From the NCBI GenBank assembly GCA_034669905.1, contig JAXMOL010000009.1:96001-160000 (forward strand): a stretch of DNA of 64,000 nucleotides, written 5' to 3'. The notes under the pieces were generated by a model that was not told where the DNA came from, made no database searches, and saw nothing but the letters and a program-made list of their open reading frames with translations. This DNA is from Candidatus Hydrogenedentota bacterium. GTDB lineage: Bacteria; Hydrogenedentota; Hydrogenedentia; Hydrogenedentales; JAEUWI01. Position numbers and translations under genes: made by a program. The stretch's first letter is position 1. The number at the start of each line of letters is the position of its first letter. This document shows, one piece after another, positions 20,846 to 30,933 of this stretch.

Positions 20846-21070
20846 GGGCCGCATTGTAGCGGAGGGCGCTGGAAGATGTAAATACCCGCGTACCTTGGGG
20901 TTTTGACACGGGACGGTCACCCGTAGTCGAGGAGGGGATGTTCCATTTCTGTGGAACCTCCGAGCCCCTACCGGGTATACTATGCAGTGTATAATAGCCG
21001 AGTTCTCCACCACATTTTGTAGTCTGACGACGTGCACCGTTCGCAACTTCTGGGTTTATGTTGAGTATTG

Positions 21071-22093
21071 ATGGACAATCGATTCGAACAATATTGGCGA
21101 TCCACGCTGTATCGCCCCCGGCTTCGTTACAAGCTGGCCCTATCCATTGCGATCCATTTCTTGCTGATCGGGGGAATATTCGGATATCTCAATTGGCGTC
21201 CCCCAACGACGCCCCCTGAGGTATTCGAAGTTCAGATCATGCAGACTTCCTCGGCGGTCTCCGATACGGCGACCCGGGAAGTGGTAGAAAATCCGGTGGA
21301 AGAGTCTGTGCCCGAGCCCACGCCCGAGCCCGAACCGGCCCCCCCGGAACCAATGCCCGAGCCCACCCCCGAGCCGACGCCGCCTCCCGCGCCGGAGCCG
21401 GAGCCGAAAGTGGAGCCGGTAAAGCCACCCGAGCCCAAGGTCGAGCCGCCGAAACCGCGGGAAGATAAAGAAGCCCTGGCGAAGGCGGAAGAGCGCAAGC
21501 GCGCCGAAGAAAAGAAAAAGGAAGAAACGCGCCTCGCCGAGGAAAAGCGCAAGGAAGAAGAGAAGAAGAAAGCAGAAGCGGAGGCCAAGAAAAAGGCCGA
21601 AGCCGAAAAGAAAAAGAAGGAAGAGGCAGAAAAGAAGCGCCTCGAGGAAGAGAAGAAGAAGGAAGAAGCCAAGAAGCGCGAAGAAGAGAAGAAGCGCGAG
21701 GAGGCCATGGAGAAGAAGGCGGAGGAGGATCGAAAGAAGAAGGAATCGCTGGCCAAGAATCAGGGCGTAGCGACACAAGGTGTCGAAGAAGCCCAACTGC
21801 CCACGGCCCTCAGCGGCTGGGCAGCCCTGGTCAAGCGCAAAGTAGATAGAAACTGGGTCTTGCCCGCCGGGATCAGCCTCGGCGAAGAGGGGGAGACCAT
21901 TAAAGTGGGTTTCGTCGTGGCCAGCAATGGCGCTATTATGGACGGGCCCACCCTATTGGAAGGGTCTGGACAGGCAGCCTTGGACACCTCGTGTGTCAAT
22001 ACCATTAAGACATCGTTGCCTTTGCCTCCCTTTCCCACCGGTTTCAATGAGCCGGAGCAATATGTGGTTTATGTTTTCAGAGCACTACCCTAA
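21071..22093 (+). CDS. tolA: TolA-like energy transducer
   Basis: N-terminal TM with SxxxH, PE-rich linker, K/E/A-rich helical stalk, TonB-C-like C-terminus; directly upstream of tolB. Confidence 0.8.
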   Translation: MDNRFEQYWRSTLYRPRLRYKLALSIAIHFLLIGGIFGYLNWRPPTTPPEVFEVQIMQTSSAVSDTATREVVENPVEESVPEPTPEPEPAPPEPMPEPTPEPTPPPAPEPEPKVEPVKPPEPKVEPPKPREDKEALAKAEERKRAEEKKKEETRLAEEKRKEEEKKKAEAEAKKKAEAEKKKKEEAEKKRLEEEKKKEEAKKREEEKKREEAMEKKAEEDRKKKESLAKNQGVATQGVEEAQLPTALSGWAALVKRKVDRNWVLPAGISLGEEGETIKVGFVVASNGAIMDGPTLLEGSGQAALDTSCVNTIKTSLPLPPFPTGFNEPEQYVVYVFRALP

Positions 22094-22111
22094 GTCGAAG
22101 AGGAGACTATT

Positions 22112-23425
22112 TTGAAACTCATCATGTGGTATGCCATGGCCGTGCTGTGCACCGTGTCACTTGTCGTGGATGTGGCACAGGCCCAGGTGCAGATTGTGGG
22201 TGAAGGGCGTAATGTGGACACGCGTATCCCCATCGCCGTGCCTCCCTGTGCGGCGGCCGACCCCGCCTTGACGGCCCTGGCGACTGAACTCGCCCAGGTC
22301 GTGGCCGACGATCTCGCCTTTTCTGGCCTTTTTAAGGTCTTGCCGGCCGACAAATATCCCATTGGTTTTCTGGCCCTCGATCCCGATGTGCAGAAGCTGA
22401 ATCGGGATATGTGGGCCTCGACCAAGGCCGAACACTTTGTCTTTGGTAACCTTAAGCAGGAAGGGGACCAGCTCGTCACGGAGTTTCGCCTTTTTGACCT
22501 GTTGACGAAAAACCAGGTCTTTGGGCTCCAGCTCAAGGTCGACAAGAATCATCCCCGTCTGGCCGCCCACCATTTCTCCGAGGAGATCATTCGGAATCTG
22601 GAAGGTACACCGGGAATCGCGACCTCGGAAATCTGCTTCAGCGCCGGTGCGACGGGTAGTAAAGAAATCTATGTGGCCGATTATGACGGCGCCAATATGC
22701 AGCAGGTGACCAAGCACAACTCCATCTCCATCAAGCCGAAACTGTCGCCCGATGGCAGCAAAATTGCCTACCTTTCCTACAAAGACCGCTATACCTTCCT
22801 TTATGTCTTTGATCGGATGACCGGCAAGTCGGTGCCCCTTTCCAAAGAAGTGGGTCTGAACATCGCTCCGGCCTGGTCGCCCGACGGAAAGACCCTGGCC
22901 CACGTCTTGAGTAAAGACGGTAACAACGAGATTTACCTGCGTGACGCCGATGGCAGCAACCTGCGTCGCCTGACCCGCAACCGCGACGTGGATACCTCCC
23001 CGGTCTTTTCGCCCGATGGGACGCGTATTGCCTTTGTCAGTGACCGGGGCGGTAGCCCCCAGGTCTATACGATGGATCTGAATGGCGAGGATGCCAAGCG
23101 CCTCTCCTTCCAGGGGGGCAGTTCCTACGATCCCGCCTGGTCGCCCGATGGCAAGTACATCGCCTATGTCGCAGAGAAAAAAGGCGACGGGCTGGAAATT
23201 TACATCATGCATTCAGACGGCTCCAACGCCCAACGCATTTCCGACAGCCAGGGCAGCAATGAGTCCCCGAGCTGGTCGGCCGATTCGCGTCACATTATCT
23301 TCAGTTCCACGCGGAATGGCCAGAAGAGCCTCTACACCTTCTCCCTCGAATCGGGTGAAGAGCGGAAGATGCCACGGATCACCCTTTCCTGCGAAGGCCC
23401 TTCCTGGGGACCCCGCCGGAACTAA
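22112..23425 (+). CDS. tolB: Tol-Pal beta-propeller protein TolB
   Basis: Signal peptide, TolB_N (IPIAVP, DDLAFSGLF, AHHFSEE), repeated PxWSPDG (PD40) blades. Confidence 0.92.
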   Translation: MKLIMWYAMAVLCTVSLVVDVAQAQVQIVGEGRNVDTRIPIAVPPCAAADPALTALATELAQVVADDLAFSGLFKVLPADKYPIGFLALDPDVQKLNRDMWASTKAEHFVFGNLKQEGDQLVTEFRLFDLLTKNQVFGLQLKVDKNHPRLAAHHFSEEIIRNLEGTPGIATSEICFSAGATGSKEIYVADYDGANMQQVTKHNSISIKPKLSPDGSKIAYLSYKDRYTFLYVFDRMTGKSVPLSKEVGLNIAPAWSPDGKTLAHVLSKDGNNEIYLRDADGSNLRRLTRNRDVDTSPVFSPDGTRIAFVSDRGGSPQVYTMDLNGEDAKRLSFQGGSSYDPAWSPDGKYIAYVAEKKGDGLEIYIMHSDGSNAQRISDSQGSNESPSWSADSRHIIFSSTRNGQKSLYTFSLESGEERKMPRITLSCEGPSWGPRRN

Positions 23426-23575
23426 TCCGCGTTTTTCGACCAGAGAATTCGATAAGCTATCTCCCGTCATCCCTGCGACTTTGCAGGGATGACGTTCCTT
23501 TCGGGTAAGATAGTGGGGCGTGCGTCGGTGTGCATGGCGCACGCGCGTTTAAATTAACCATCAGGTAAGAGGCCC

Positions 23576-24040
23576 ATGGGCGAAAAAAACATCACACAGA
23601 ACCGGATGGCCCGGCGGAATTACGAAATCCTGGATACCTACGAAGCCGGTATTGTGCTCGTGGGTACCGAGGTCAAATCCCTCCGGGAGCCGGGTACCAT
23701 GACCTTGAAAGACAGCTTTGCCGATATCCGGAAAAAAGGTGAGCTCTTTCTCATCGGAGCCCGCATTGAGCCCTACAAAATGGGTAACATTTACAACCAT
23801 GATCCCGAGCGGGCCCGTAAGCTCCTCATGCACAAAAAAGAAATCGAGAAGCTCGCCCAGCGGATTGCAGAGAAGGGACTGACCCTCGTACCCCTGAGCG
23901 TCTATTTCAAGCGCGGGATGGTCAAGGTGCAACTGGGGATGGGCCGTGGTAAGAATGTTCGCGATAAGCGGGACACCATCAAGGCCCGCGAAAGCAAGAT
24001 CGAGATGGACCGCGCGTTGAAGCACGTGGGACGCTCGTAG
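23576..24040 (+). CDS. smpB: SsrA-binding protein
   Basis: NRMAR, EAGIVLVGTEVKSLR, RKLLMHKKEI, GKNVRDKR. Confidence 0.97.
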   Translation: MGEKNITQNRMARRNYEILDTYEAGIVLVGTEVKSLREPGTMTLKDSFADIRKKGELFLIGARIEPYKMGNIYNHDPERARKLLMHKKEIEKLAQRIAEKGLTLVPLSVYFKRGMVKVQLGMGRGKNVRDKRDTIKARESKIEMDRALKHVGRS

Positions 24041-24079
24041 CATTTATCTGACGCCCACCCACGAACCGGAGTTTGAAGA

Positions 24080-24508
24080 ATGCGTCACGCCCTTCCCGGT
24101 AAGCAGCCCCTTCTTGTAACCCTTCCGCTCAAGGTGCAGACCTACGACATCGATTTTGCGAACCATGTGAACAACCAGGTCTATGTCCGCTGGCTGGAAG
24201 ATCTCCGAATGGACCTGCTCCGCGCCTATTACCCCATCAAGCGTTTCATGGATGAGGGGGTGGCACCGATTCTTGCCTCTACCCACATCACCTACAAGAA
24301 GGCCATCACCCTTTACGATGAGCCCGTAGGGACCATGTGGTGCCCCCAGTTGGGTCGGGCCACGATGAATCTCGAATGCCTCATCGAAGTGGACGGTGCC
24401 CGCTGTGCCCACGCCACCCATCGGGTCATGCTCGTCAATCTGGCGACGGGAAGGCCTTCCCGCACGCCCCAGGACCTCTTTGACGCCTTTGACCAGGGCA
24501 ACGGCTGA
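24080..24508 (+). CDS. Acyl-CoA thioesterase (4HBT/YbgC hotdog family)
   Basis: DIDFANHVNNQVYVRWLEDLR motif. Confidence 0.85.
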   Translation: MRHALPGKQPLLVTLPLKVQTYDIDFANHVNNQVYVRWLEDLRMDLLRAYYPIKRFMDEGVAPILASTHITYKKAITLYDEPVGTMWCPQLGRATMNLECLIEVDGARCAHATHRVMLVNLATGRPSRTPQDLFDAFDQGNG

Positions 24509-24511
24509 CGC

Positions 24512-26545
24512 TCAGTCCAAAACCATTTCGTCGAGAAAGGTCAGTCGCTTGACGAACATGAAGCGGTCGATGAATTCGGAGAAGGCGTCGGGTTCAAAGG
24601 CGAAGCGGTGATCGCGACAGCCCTGCACCAACTCCACAAAGAGGTCGACGATATCGGACTGCTGGATACGTCCCCCGCTGAGGGTGTGCACGTCGCCATA
24701 GGACCATTCCGCGTTGATGGCATCCCGTAGCGCCTTACTGTCTTTGATGATACTTCCATCGGTTGCCAGGTGATTGGCCCCTGCGCGGCGCACATTGAAT
24801 AGTAGCAGTACCAGCGTCACGGCAAGAAAGACAAAGTCGGGCGTCCGCTGCTCGGGGAGGGTGGCCGGCTCGTAAGAGTCCAGGTCGATTCCCTTGAGTT
24901 GGCCCCGCCGACTGATCATGAGGTTGCCGTTTTTCAGGTCGTTGATGGCGTATCCAATCTGGTGGATTTCTTCGACCCAGAGCAGCATGCTGGTGATGAG
25001 ATCCAGGCAGTGAGATAGGCTCAATGGCTCGGTGAACGATGCGGTAAGCCGGGCGCCCCGCCAGGCCTCTCCCTGGGCACCGGCCAGGGCCTGGGCATAA
25101 CTGTTGGGGAGGGTCTGGTCCTGCACGCGCCCCCGGGGACCATGAAAACTGGCGTGCTCGACCCCGGCCACCCCGGCGAGGTGGTCGAGTGTTTCGCCAT
25201 CGACCCGCTGCAGGATGTGGTAGGTGTATTTCTTGCCACTGAGTTTGCCCGCGTCGTAGATGCGGATTACGTGGGGCGAACGGGCGAGGTCACGGGCCGT
25301 ATTGAGGGTGATTTCGGCGGCCTGAATGGCCTGCTTTTTCTGGCCCCGCTGAATCCGGTCCACCTTCAGCGCCACAAACTGAGGGATGTGGGGGTTCTCC
25401 CGATTCACGGCATCGTAGACGCGGCCAAACTGTCCAATGCCGAGTTGACGGACGAGGGTGAATCCCATCTCGTCGAAAGCGCGTCCCACTTTTTTCCAGG
25501 CGGCCAGGTCCTCGGCATCCTGAATCCCGTAGCGTCCCACCACGGGCGAGGGGGTGGCAATTTTCCGCTTTTTAACCCAGGACCAGTCCATGGGGAGCAT
25601 GGCCCGCGTTGGGTCGGGCATGACGCCCGCCAGGCTGAGCCGGAGATAACATTGATCCAGGTATTCGCGCACGAGGACCTGCGCAATGTCCTGGTTATGC
25701 CGACATCCCTTCTCGGTGATGAAGAAGCGCAGCTCATTGAGCAGGCGAAAATAAGGGTGGCGCTCATAGAGCCGGGACCGCTCGATGTTGTCCCGTTTGC
25801 TGTGGTATTTCTCAAAGAGTTCGCCGGCCTTGTTGGGAATCAGTTTGCGCTTGGAGACATCCTTAAAGAGGAGGTTGATGGCGAGCAGACACATTTTCGT
25901 GGTGACGTCGATGCGCTCGACGAAGTCGTCCCGGGGCGCACTGGAGCGGGCCAGTTTGGAGAGGATACCCTGCATCAGTGGCCAGGCGACGCCCAGCAGG
26001 CGGGTGGGTTTTTCGACCTCCAACAATGCGTCGGAATCGTCGAGGAACGCGCGCACCAAATCGGATTGGACCACGATGTTGTTTTCCATGGGGTGGAGCG
26101 CTTCATCGAAGCGGACCTCCCGCGTGACGTCAGACGGCAGGGTCGCGCTGAGATAGAGGTTGAGGGCGGCGCCGCCGTTGGTCTTGTTGCCGAAAACCAG
26201 GTCATCGAGCACGGCTCCCACGTGTTCCTGCTCGTGGGCGCAGTCCGAAATGACGGCGTAGGCCGCGTTCAGGGCGCGGGTGAGGGGCTGGGAGTCGGGG
26301 GTTTCCGGGCGAAAGAGTATATAACGGGCGTTGTCGTCCCAGAGAATCGCGACGCGGATGTTGCGCACATAGCGCTCCTCGCGCGCCCGATTGAGATAGG
26401 CTTCCCAGGCCTCCGGCTCGCCTGCGAATACGGTGTTGGAAAACTCCGTCTTTACGCGGGTGCGTAGGGCATCATGGGTCACGCCTTCCGGCGGCTTGGG
26501 GGGGCGCAACCACTGCCCGGCCCGGTATAGATCCCACAACGTCAT
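24512..26545 (-). CDS. Cytoplasmic Ser/Thr protein-kinase-like protein with a long unknown N-terminal region
   Basis: LGIGQFGRVY, VALK, catalytic loop INDLKNGN, IDLD in place of DFG; no TM segment. Confidence 0.72.
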   Translation of the reverse strand: MTLWDLYRAGQWLRPPKPPEGVTHDALRTRVKTEFSNTVFAGEPEAWEAYLNRAREERYVRNIRVAILWDDNARYILFRPETPDSQPLTRALNAAYAVISDCAHEQEHVGAVLDDLVFGNKTNGGAALNLYLSATLPSDVTREVRFDEALHPMENNIVVQSDLVRAFLDDSDALLEVEKPTRLLGVAWPLMQGILSKLARSSAPRDDFVERIDVTTKMCLLAINLLFKDVSKRKLIPNKAGELFEKYHSKRDNIERSRLYERHPYFRLLNELRFFITEKGCRHNQDIAQVLVREYLDQCYLRLSLAGVMPDPTRAMLPMDWSWVKKRKIATPSPVVGRYGIQDAEDLAAWKKVGRAFDEMGFTLVRQLGIGQFGRVYDAVNRENPHIPQFVALKVDRIQRGQKKQAIQAAEITLNTARDLARSPHVIRIYDAGKLSGKKYTYHILQRVDGETLDHLAGVAGVEHASFHGPRGRVQDQTLPNSYAQALAGAQGEAWRGARLTASFTEPLSLSHCLDLITSMLLWVEEIHQIGYAINDLKNGNLMISRRGQLKGIDLDSYEPATLPEQRTPDFVFLAVTLVLLLFNVRRAGANHLATDGSIIKDSKALRDAINAEWSYGDVHTLSGGRIQQSDIVDLFVELVQGCRDHRFAFEPDAFSEFIDRFMFVKRLTFLDEMVLD

Positions 26546-26681
26546 GGCGTCTCCGGTTTAATCGTAGTATAGCCCGCGGTGTCAAGGCTGCCACGAAAGG
26601 CCGCCACGAAACCGGGTGGTCGTGAGGCGGCGGGGAAGGGTCGTTTTTTCCCAACCCAGACGCTGCTTCCTTGTGGTGGGT

Positions 26682-27503
26682 TCAGCTGAATTCTCCGCGG
26701 ATGTATTCCTGGGTGTATTTTTCCTGGGGGGCTTCAAAGAGCCGGTCCGAATCACCGAATTCCACCAGGTAGCCGGTCCGACTGCCCTCCGTCGTGTCCA
26801 CATAGAGGAAGCCGGTTTTGTCGGCCACACGCTGGGCCTGCTGCAGATTGTGGGTTACGATGGCGATGGTATATTTTTCTTTCAGCTCGAGCATGAGCTC
26901 TTCCACCTTCCGTGTGGCGATGGGATCGAGGGCGGAGCAGGGCTCATCCATCAGGAGCACCTCGGGCTCGGTGGCAATGGCGCGGGCGATACACAGACGC
27001 TGCTGCTGGCCACCGGAGAGGGAGAGGCCGCTCTTGTGCAGCTTGTCTTTGACCTCATCCCAGAGGGCGGCACCACGGAGGGCCATCTCCACCCGCTCTT
27101 CTTTGTTGCCCTTGAAGCGATTCAGTTTGAGACCGAAGGCCACGTTGTTAAAAATGCTCATGGAGAAGGGGTTGGGCTGCTGGAAAACCATTCCGATATG
27201 GCGGCGGATGGCGACGGGGTCGATGGCGGGGTCATAGATGTCCCGTCCAAGAAAGTTCACCCGCCCTTCAAAGCGAAAGCCACGGACGAGGTCGTTCATG
27301 CGGTTGAGGCATCGCAGGACCGTGCTCTTGCCACAGCCGGAGGGGCCGATGAAGGCGGTGATGGCCCCCTTGTGAATGGGGACGTAGGTATCGCGCACGG
27401 CCTTGAAGTTGCCGTAATACAGCTCGCGAATGTCACACTCGATGACCACGTCATGTTGTGGCGTGCTCGTTGTGGTGGATTCCATTGTTTCTGCGTTGGT
27501 CAT
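26682..27503 (-). CDS. pstB: Phosphate ABC transporter ATPase
   Basis: [41 protein letters not shown]. Confidence 0.95.
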   Translation of the reverse strand: MTNAETMESTTTSTPQHDVVIECDIRELYYGNFKAVRDTYVPIHKGAITAFIGPSGCGKSTVLRCLNRMNDLVRGFRFEGRVNFLGRDIYDPAIDPVAIRRHIGMVFQQPNPFSMSIFNNVAFGLKLNRFKGNKEERVEMALRGAALWDEVKDKLHKSGLSLSGGQQQRLCIARAIATEPEVLLMDEPCSALDPIATRKVEELMLELKEKYTIAIVTHNLQQAQRVADKTGFLYVDTTEGSRTGYLVEFGDSDRLFEAPQEKYTQEYIRGEFS

Positions 27504-27555
27504 GCTGTGAAGTACTCCTTGCACCACGTCGGGTCAGTGCGTAAGGGGGGCGTGT

Positions 27556-28473
27556 CTAATCAATGCGGCGGCGGGAAATGGCCTGTCCGATGAGATTCAC
27601 CGTCAAGACCAGGAGGACCAGTATCAGGGCCGCTGCCCAGGCCAGTTCCACCTGATTCTGAAAGGGGACGCCGGAAAAATTGTATATCAATACGGCGAGG
27701 GATGCCGTGGGCTGCATGAGCTCCACGTCGCCCCCGGCGGAGATCCAATAGTTGCTGAAGAGGGCCGTAAAGAGTAGCGGCGCGGTTTCACCCGCAGCCC
27801 GGGCAACCGCCAGCATGACGCCGGTGAGGATCCCCGGAAGGCTGGTAGGCAGAAGCACCATCCAGACACATTGAAAGTCGGTGGCGCCCATGCCGATGGC
27901 AGCCTCTTTCATCTTGCGGGGTACCATGCGCAGGGCCTCTTCGGCGGTCAGCATGACGGTGGGCAGCATGAGAATAGAGAGGGCCACACCACCGGCGACG
28001 GCCGAGAAGCCACCGGTCAAGAGCACGACGGCACCGTAGGCGAAGACACCGGCCAGAATGGAGGGGAAGCCGGTCAGGACTTTGCCGCAGAAACGTACGG
28101 TCTTGGCGAGGCGGGAATCGGGGGCGGTTTCGGCGAGGAAAAGGGCCGCCAGGACGCCCATGGGGACGGCAATGGCCGCTGCGATTCCGACCATGAGCAC
28201 CGTGCCGAGGATGGCGTTGCCAAAGCCGCCTCCTTCCTGCATGGGGCCGGGGGGGAGTTCGTAGAAAATGGCGAAGTTCAGACTCTTCCCTCCGCGATAG
28301 AATAGCATCAGTACAACGGAAATGAGCGGGATCAGGGCGAGGAGCGTCAAGATGCCCACCACCGTGCTCATACAAAAGCTGAAAAGGGAACGTTTGTTGC
28401 CCAGGCTCTTTTCCAGATGACGGGTATCATTCGTGAGTGCTGGGACTGCGCTGGGACGTATATTCGCATTCAT
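27556..28473 (-). CDS. pstA: Phosphate ABC transporter permease PstA
   Basis: GGFGNAILGT, PSILAG, ARAAGETAPLLFT; ATGA overlap with pstC stop. Confidence 0.93.
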   Translation of the reverse strand: MNANIRPSAVPALTNDTRHLEKSLGNKRSLFSFCMSTVVGILTLLALIPLISVVLMLFYRGGKSLNFAIFYELPPGPMQEGGGFGNAILGTVLMVGIAAAIAVPMGVLAALFLAETAPDSRLAKTVRFCGKVLTGFPSILAGVFAYGAVVLLTGGFSAVAGGVALSILMLPTVMLTAEEALRMVPRKMKEAAIGMGATDFQCVWMVLLPTSLPGILTGVMLAVARAAGETAPLLFTALFSNYWISAGGDVELMQPTASLAVLIYNFSGVPFQNQVELAWAAALILVLLVLTVNLIGQAISRRRID

Positions 28474-29477
28474 CGGACTTCCTCCAGATTCTTGGATGCC
28501 CGCTGTAAGATGGCCGCGCCAATGATATTGACGATGAGCGTGATGGCGAGCAATACAAGCGCTGCATACATGAGGACACCCACTTCCTTCTGGCCAGCTT
28601 CCGGGAAATTGTTGGCGAGGAGTGCGGCCAGGGTGTTGGCGGGGGAGAAGAGGGAGACGCTGATGACATTGGCGTTTCCGACCAGCATGGCCAGCGCCAT
28701 GGTCTCTCCGAGGGCACGTCCAAAGGCCAACACCACCGCCCCGAAGAGGCCCGTGGCGGAGGTGGGGAGGATGACATAGAGAATGGCTTCCCAGCGGGTG
28801 GCGGCCATGCCGTAGGCGGCTTCCCGCAGTTTTTTCGGTACGGCATTCAGGGCGTCCCGCGAAATGGCGGCAATCGTGGGCAAGATCATTATCGCCAGAA
28901 CGAGTGATGCGGGGAGAAGGCCAGGGCCACTCAGGGGAGTGCCGAACGCAGGAAACCAACCCAGGGTTTCATGGAGGTAGTTTGCCACCGGACGTATCAT
29001 GGGGATGACGACAAAAATGCCCCAGAGCCCGTAGACCACGCTGGGGATGGCCGCGAGAAGCTCTACCAGATTCTTGAGAACATGCTCGAGCTGTTCGGGA
29101 AGGCGTCCCCACAGGGGGTGATACTGAAGATTGACCGTTTTCAGTACGGCAAAAACACCGTTACTGAGGAACCCCTCGGTTAAGAAGAGGGCGACGGAGA
29201 CCCCGAACACGGTACCAATCAGCAGGGCGAGTAAGGAGCTGTAGAGGGTGCCCCAGATCTCCGGGAGGATGCCGTACTCGCCCGTGTTGGCGTCCCAGGT
29301 GGTACCCACCATGAAGCCAAGTCCGTGTTGCCGAAACGCAGGAACGGCTTCCCAGGCGATCATGCAGACGATATAGACGACCAGGGCCACGGTCAACCAG
29401 GCAAATGAAAAGGTGGCAATTCGGAAGGCCTTGTTGGCCGTACGTTGTCCCGATGTGGGTGGCTGGGAGATAGACAT
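28470..29477 (-). CDS. pstC: Phosphate ABC transporter permease PstC
   Basis: LLAAIPSVVYGLWG, GRALGETMA. Confidence 0.93.
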   Translation of the reverse strand: MSISQPPTSGQRTANKAFRIATFSFAWLTVALVVYIVCMIAWEAVPAFRQHGLGFMVGTTWDANTGEYGILPEIWGTLYSSLLALLIGTVFGVSVALFLTEGFLSNGVFAVLKTVNLQYHPLWGRLPEQLEHVLKNLVELLAAIPSVVYGLWGIFVVIPMIRPVANYLHETLGWFPAFGTPLSGPGLLPASLVLAIMILPTIAAISRDALNAVPKKLREAAYGMAATRWEAILYVILPTSATGLFGAVVLAFGRALGETMALAMLVGNANVISVSLFSPANTLAALLANNFPEAGQKEVGVLMYAALVLLAITLIVNIIGAAILQRASKNLEEVR

Positions 29478-29499
29478 GCCTCAGGGCACCTTATGGTCG

Positions 29500-29524
29500 G
29501 GCGGGCCCCCAGAGGGAGCCCGCC
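29500..29524 (-). other. Intercistronic hairpin between pstS and pstC
   Basis: GGCGGGCTCCC/GGGGGCCCGCC stem with no T-run; may stabilise pstS mRNA. Confidence 0.4.
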
Positions 29525-29571
29525 GTGCAACGGTCGTATCCATACGCGGAGCGCGCACGCTCCGCGAAGAT

Positions 29572-30645
29572 TCAGGAGATAGTGTCGAGGGCCGCCTTGA
29601 CCTTGGCGACCACGTTTTCCGGCAAGGGGATGTAGCCGAGGGATTCGCTTTCGGCCTGGCCAGTGTCGAGGCAGTAGTTCACGACTTCTTTGAGTACGGA
29701 AGCCTTGGCTGCGTCTTCATAGGTCTTGTAGCACAGCAACCACGTGTAGGTGACGATGGGGTAGCTGGCTTCCCCGTCAGGATCGGAGATCCAGAGGATC
29801 AGGTCGTCGGGCATTTCCGCCATGGAGAGGGCTGCCTGGGCGGACGCCGTGGAGGGCGCCACAAAGGCACCGCTTTTGTTCTGCAACGAAGCCGTGGGCA
29901 GGTTCTGCCCCTTGGCGTAGCCGTATTCCACATAGCCGATGGCGCCCGGTGTGGTCATGATGCTGGCGGTGACGCCCTCATTGCCTTTGGAGCGGGTACC
30001 GACGGGCCAGTTGGGCATCTTGTTGGTGCCGGGGCTGGCCGCAAACTCGGTGTTGATCTCGCTCAGGTGCTTGGTGAAGACAAAGGTCGTGCCGCTGCTG
30101 TCCGCACGAACCACCACGTTGATGGGCAGGTCGGGGAGGGCAACTCCTTCGTTGGATGCCTGAATGGCGGGGTCATTCCAGCGGGTGACTTTCCCGAGAA
30201 AGATCCCTGTGTAGGTTTCGCGGGTCAGCTTGAGCCCTTCGATGCCGTCCAGGTTGTAGGCCAACACCACGCTACCGGCCGTCATGGGGAGCAGGACAAC
30301 GCCTTCCGAAACCTGGGCGATTTCTTCGGGCTTCATGGCCGCATCGCTGGCCCCGAAGTCTACGGTCTTGTCGATGAAGCTCTTCACGCCACTGCCGCTA
30401 CCGACCGACTGATAGTCAATCTGCACATTGCCCTGGGCATTCGAGAAATCCCGAAACCACTTGGTGTAGAGGGGGGCGGGGAAGCTGGCACCTGCGCCCT
30501 GCAGCTTCGTGAAGGTGGAAGCACGGCTGCTTTCGGCGGGGCTTCCCCCTTCGCTGGTCGAGCCGCCATTGCTTCCGGAACATCCGGAAAAGAGCATGGT
30601 CAGGCCCAGGGCCGTGATTCCGCCAATGGCAATAGATAAACGCAT
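29572..30645 (-). CDS. pstS: Phosphate-binding lipoprotein PstS
   Basis: FSGC lipobox, GAGASFP, YQSVGSGSG, DFGASD, RADSSGTT, YPI. Confidence 0.95.
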   Translation of the reverse strand: MRLSIAIGGITALGLTMLFSGCSGSNGGSTSEGGSPAESSRASTFTKLQGAGASFPAPLYTKWFRDFSNAQGNVQIDYQSVGSGSGVKSFIDKTVDFGASDAAMKPEEIAQVSEGVVLLPMTAGSVVLAYNLDGIEGLKLTRETYTGIFLGKVTRWNDPAIQASNEGVALPDLPINVVVRADSSGTTFVFTKHLSEINTEFAASPGTNKMPNWPVGTRSKGNEGVTASIMTTPGAIGYVEYGYAKGQNLPTASLQNKSGAFVAPSTASAQAALSMAEMPDDLILWISDPDGEASYPIVTYTWLLCYKTYEDAAKASVLKEVVNYCLDTGQAESESLGYIPLPENVVAKVKAALDTIS

Positions 30646-30933
30646 CCTGTAATTCTCCCTGTAGAGGTTTGGTTGGTTGCAATCATTCAGATTCCCAAGT
30701 GCAGTAATGGTACGCAACCAACAGGGGAATTCTGCGTGTTTTGTATGAGCATTTTGTTAGGAAGGGGGCTTGGGCACCATTTTTATTCGCGGTGGAAAGG
30801 GGATTCCACGAGGCCGAAAAGGGGGATGGCGACCTGCCGGTAGGGTGCGCCGGAACTAAGGTGCGGAAAATACGTTTTTTCTGGGGGGATTCGCTGGAAA
30901 GGGTACCCCGTGGGGGCTTTTCAGGTACCTGTC

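Noticed and set aside
21300..21750. Low-complexity repeats and Phe/Ser-rich antisense ORFs
   Set aside because: Explained by the PE and K/E/A repeats of TolA.
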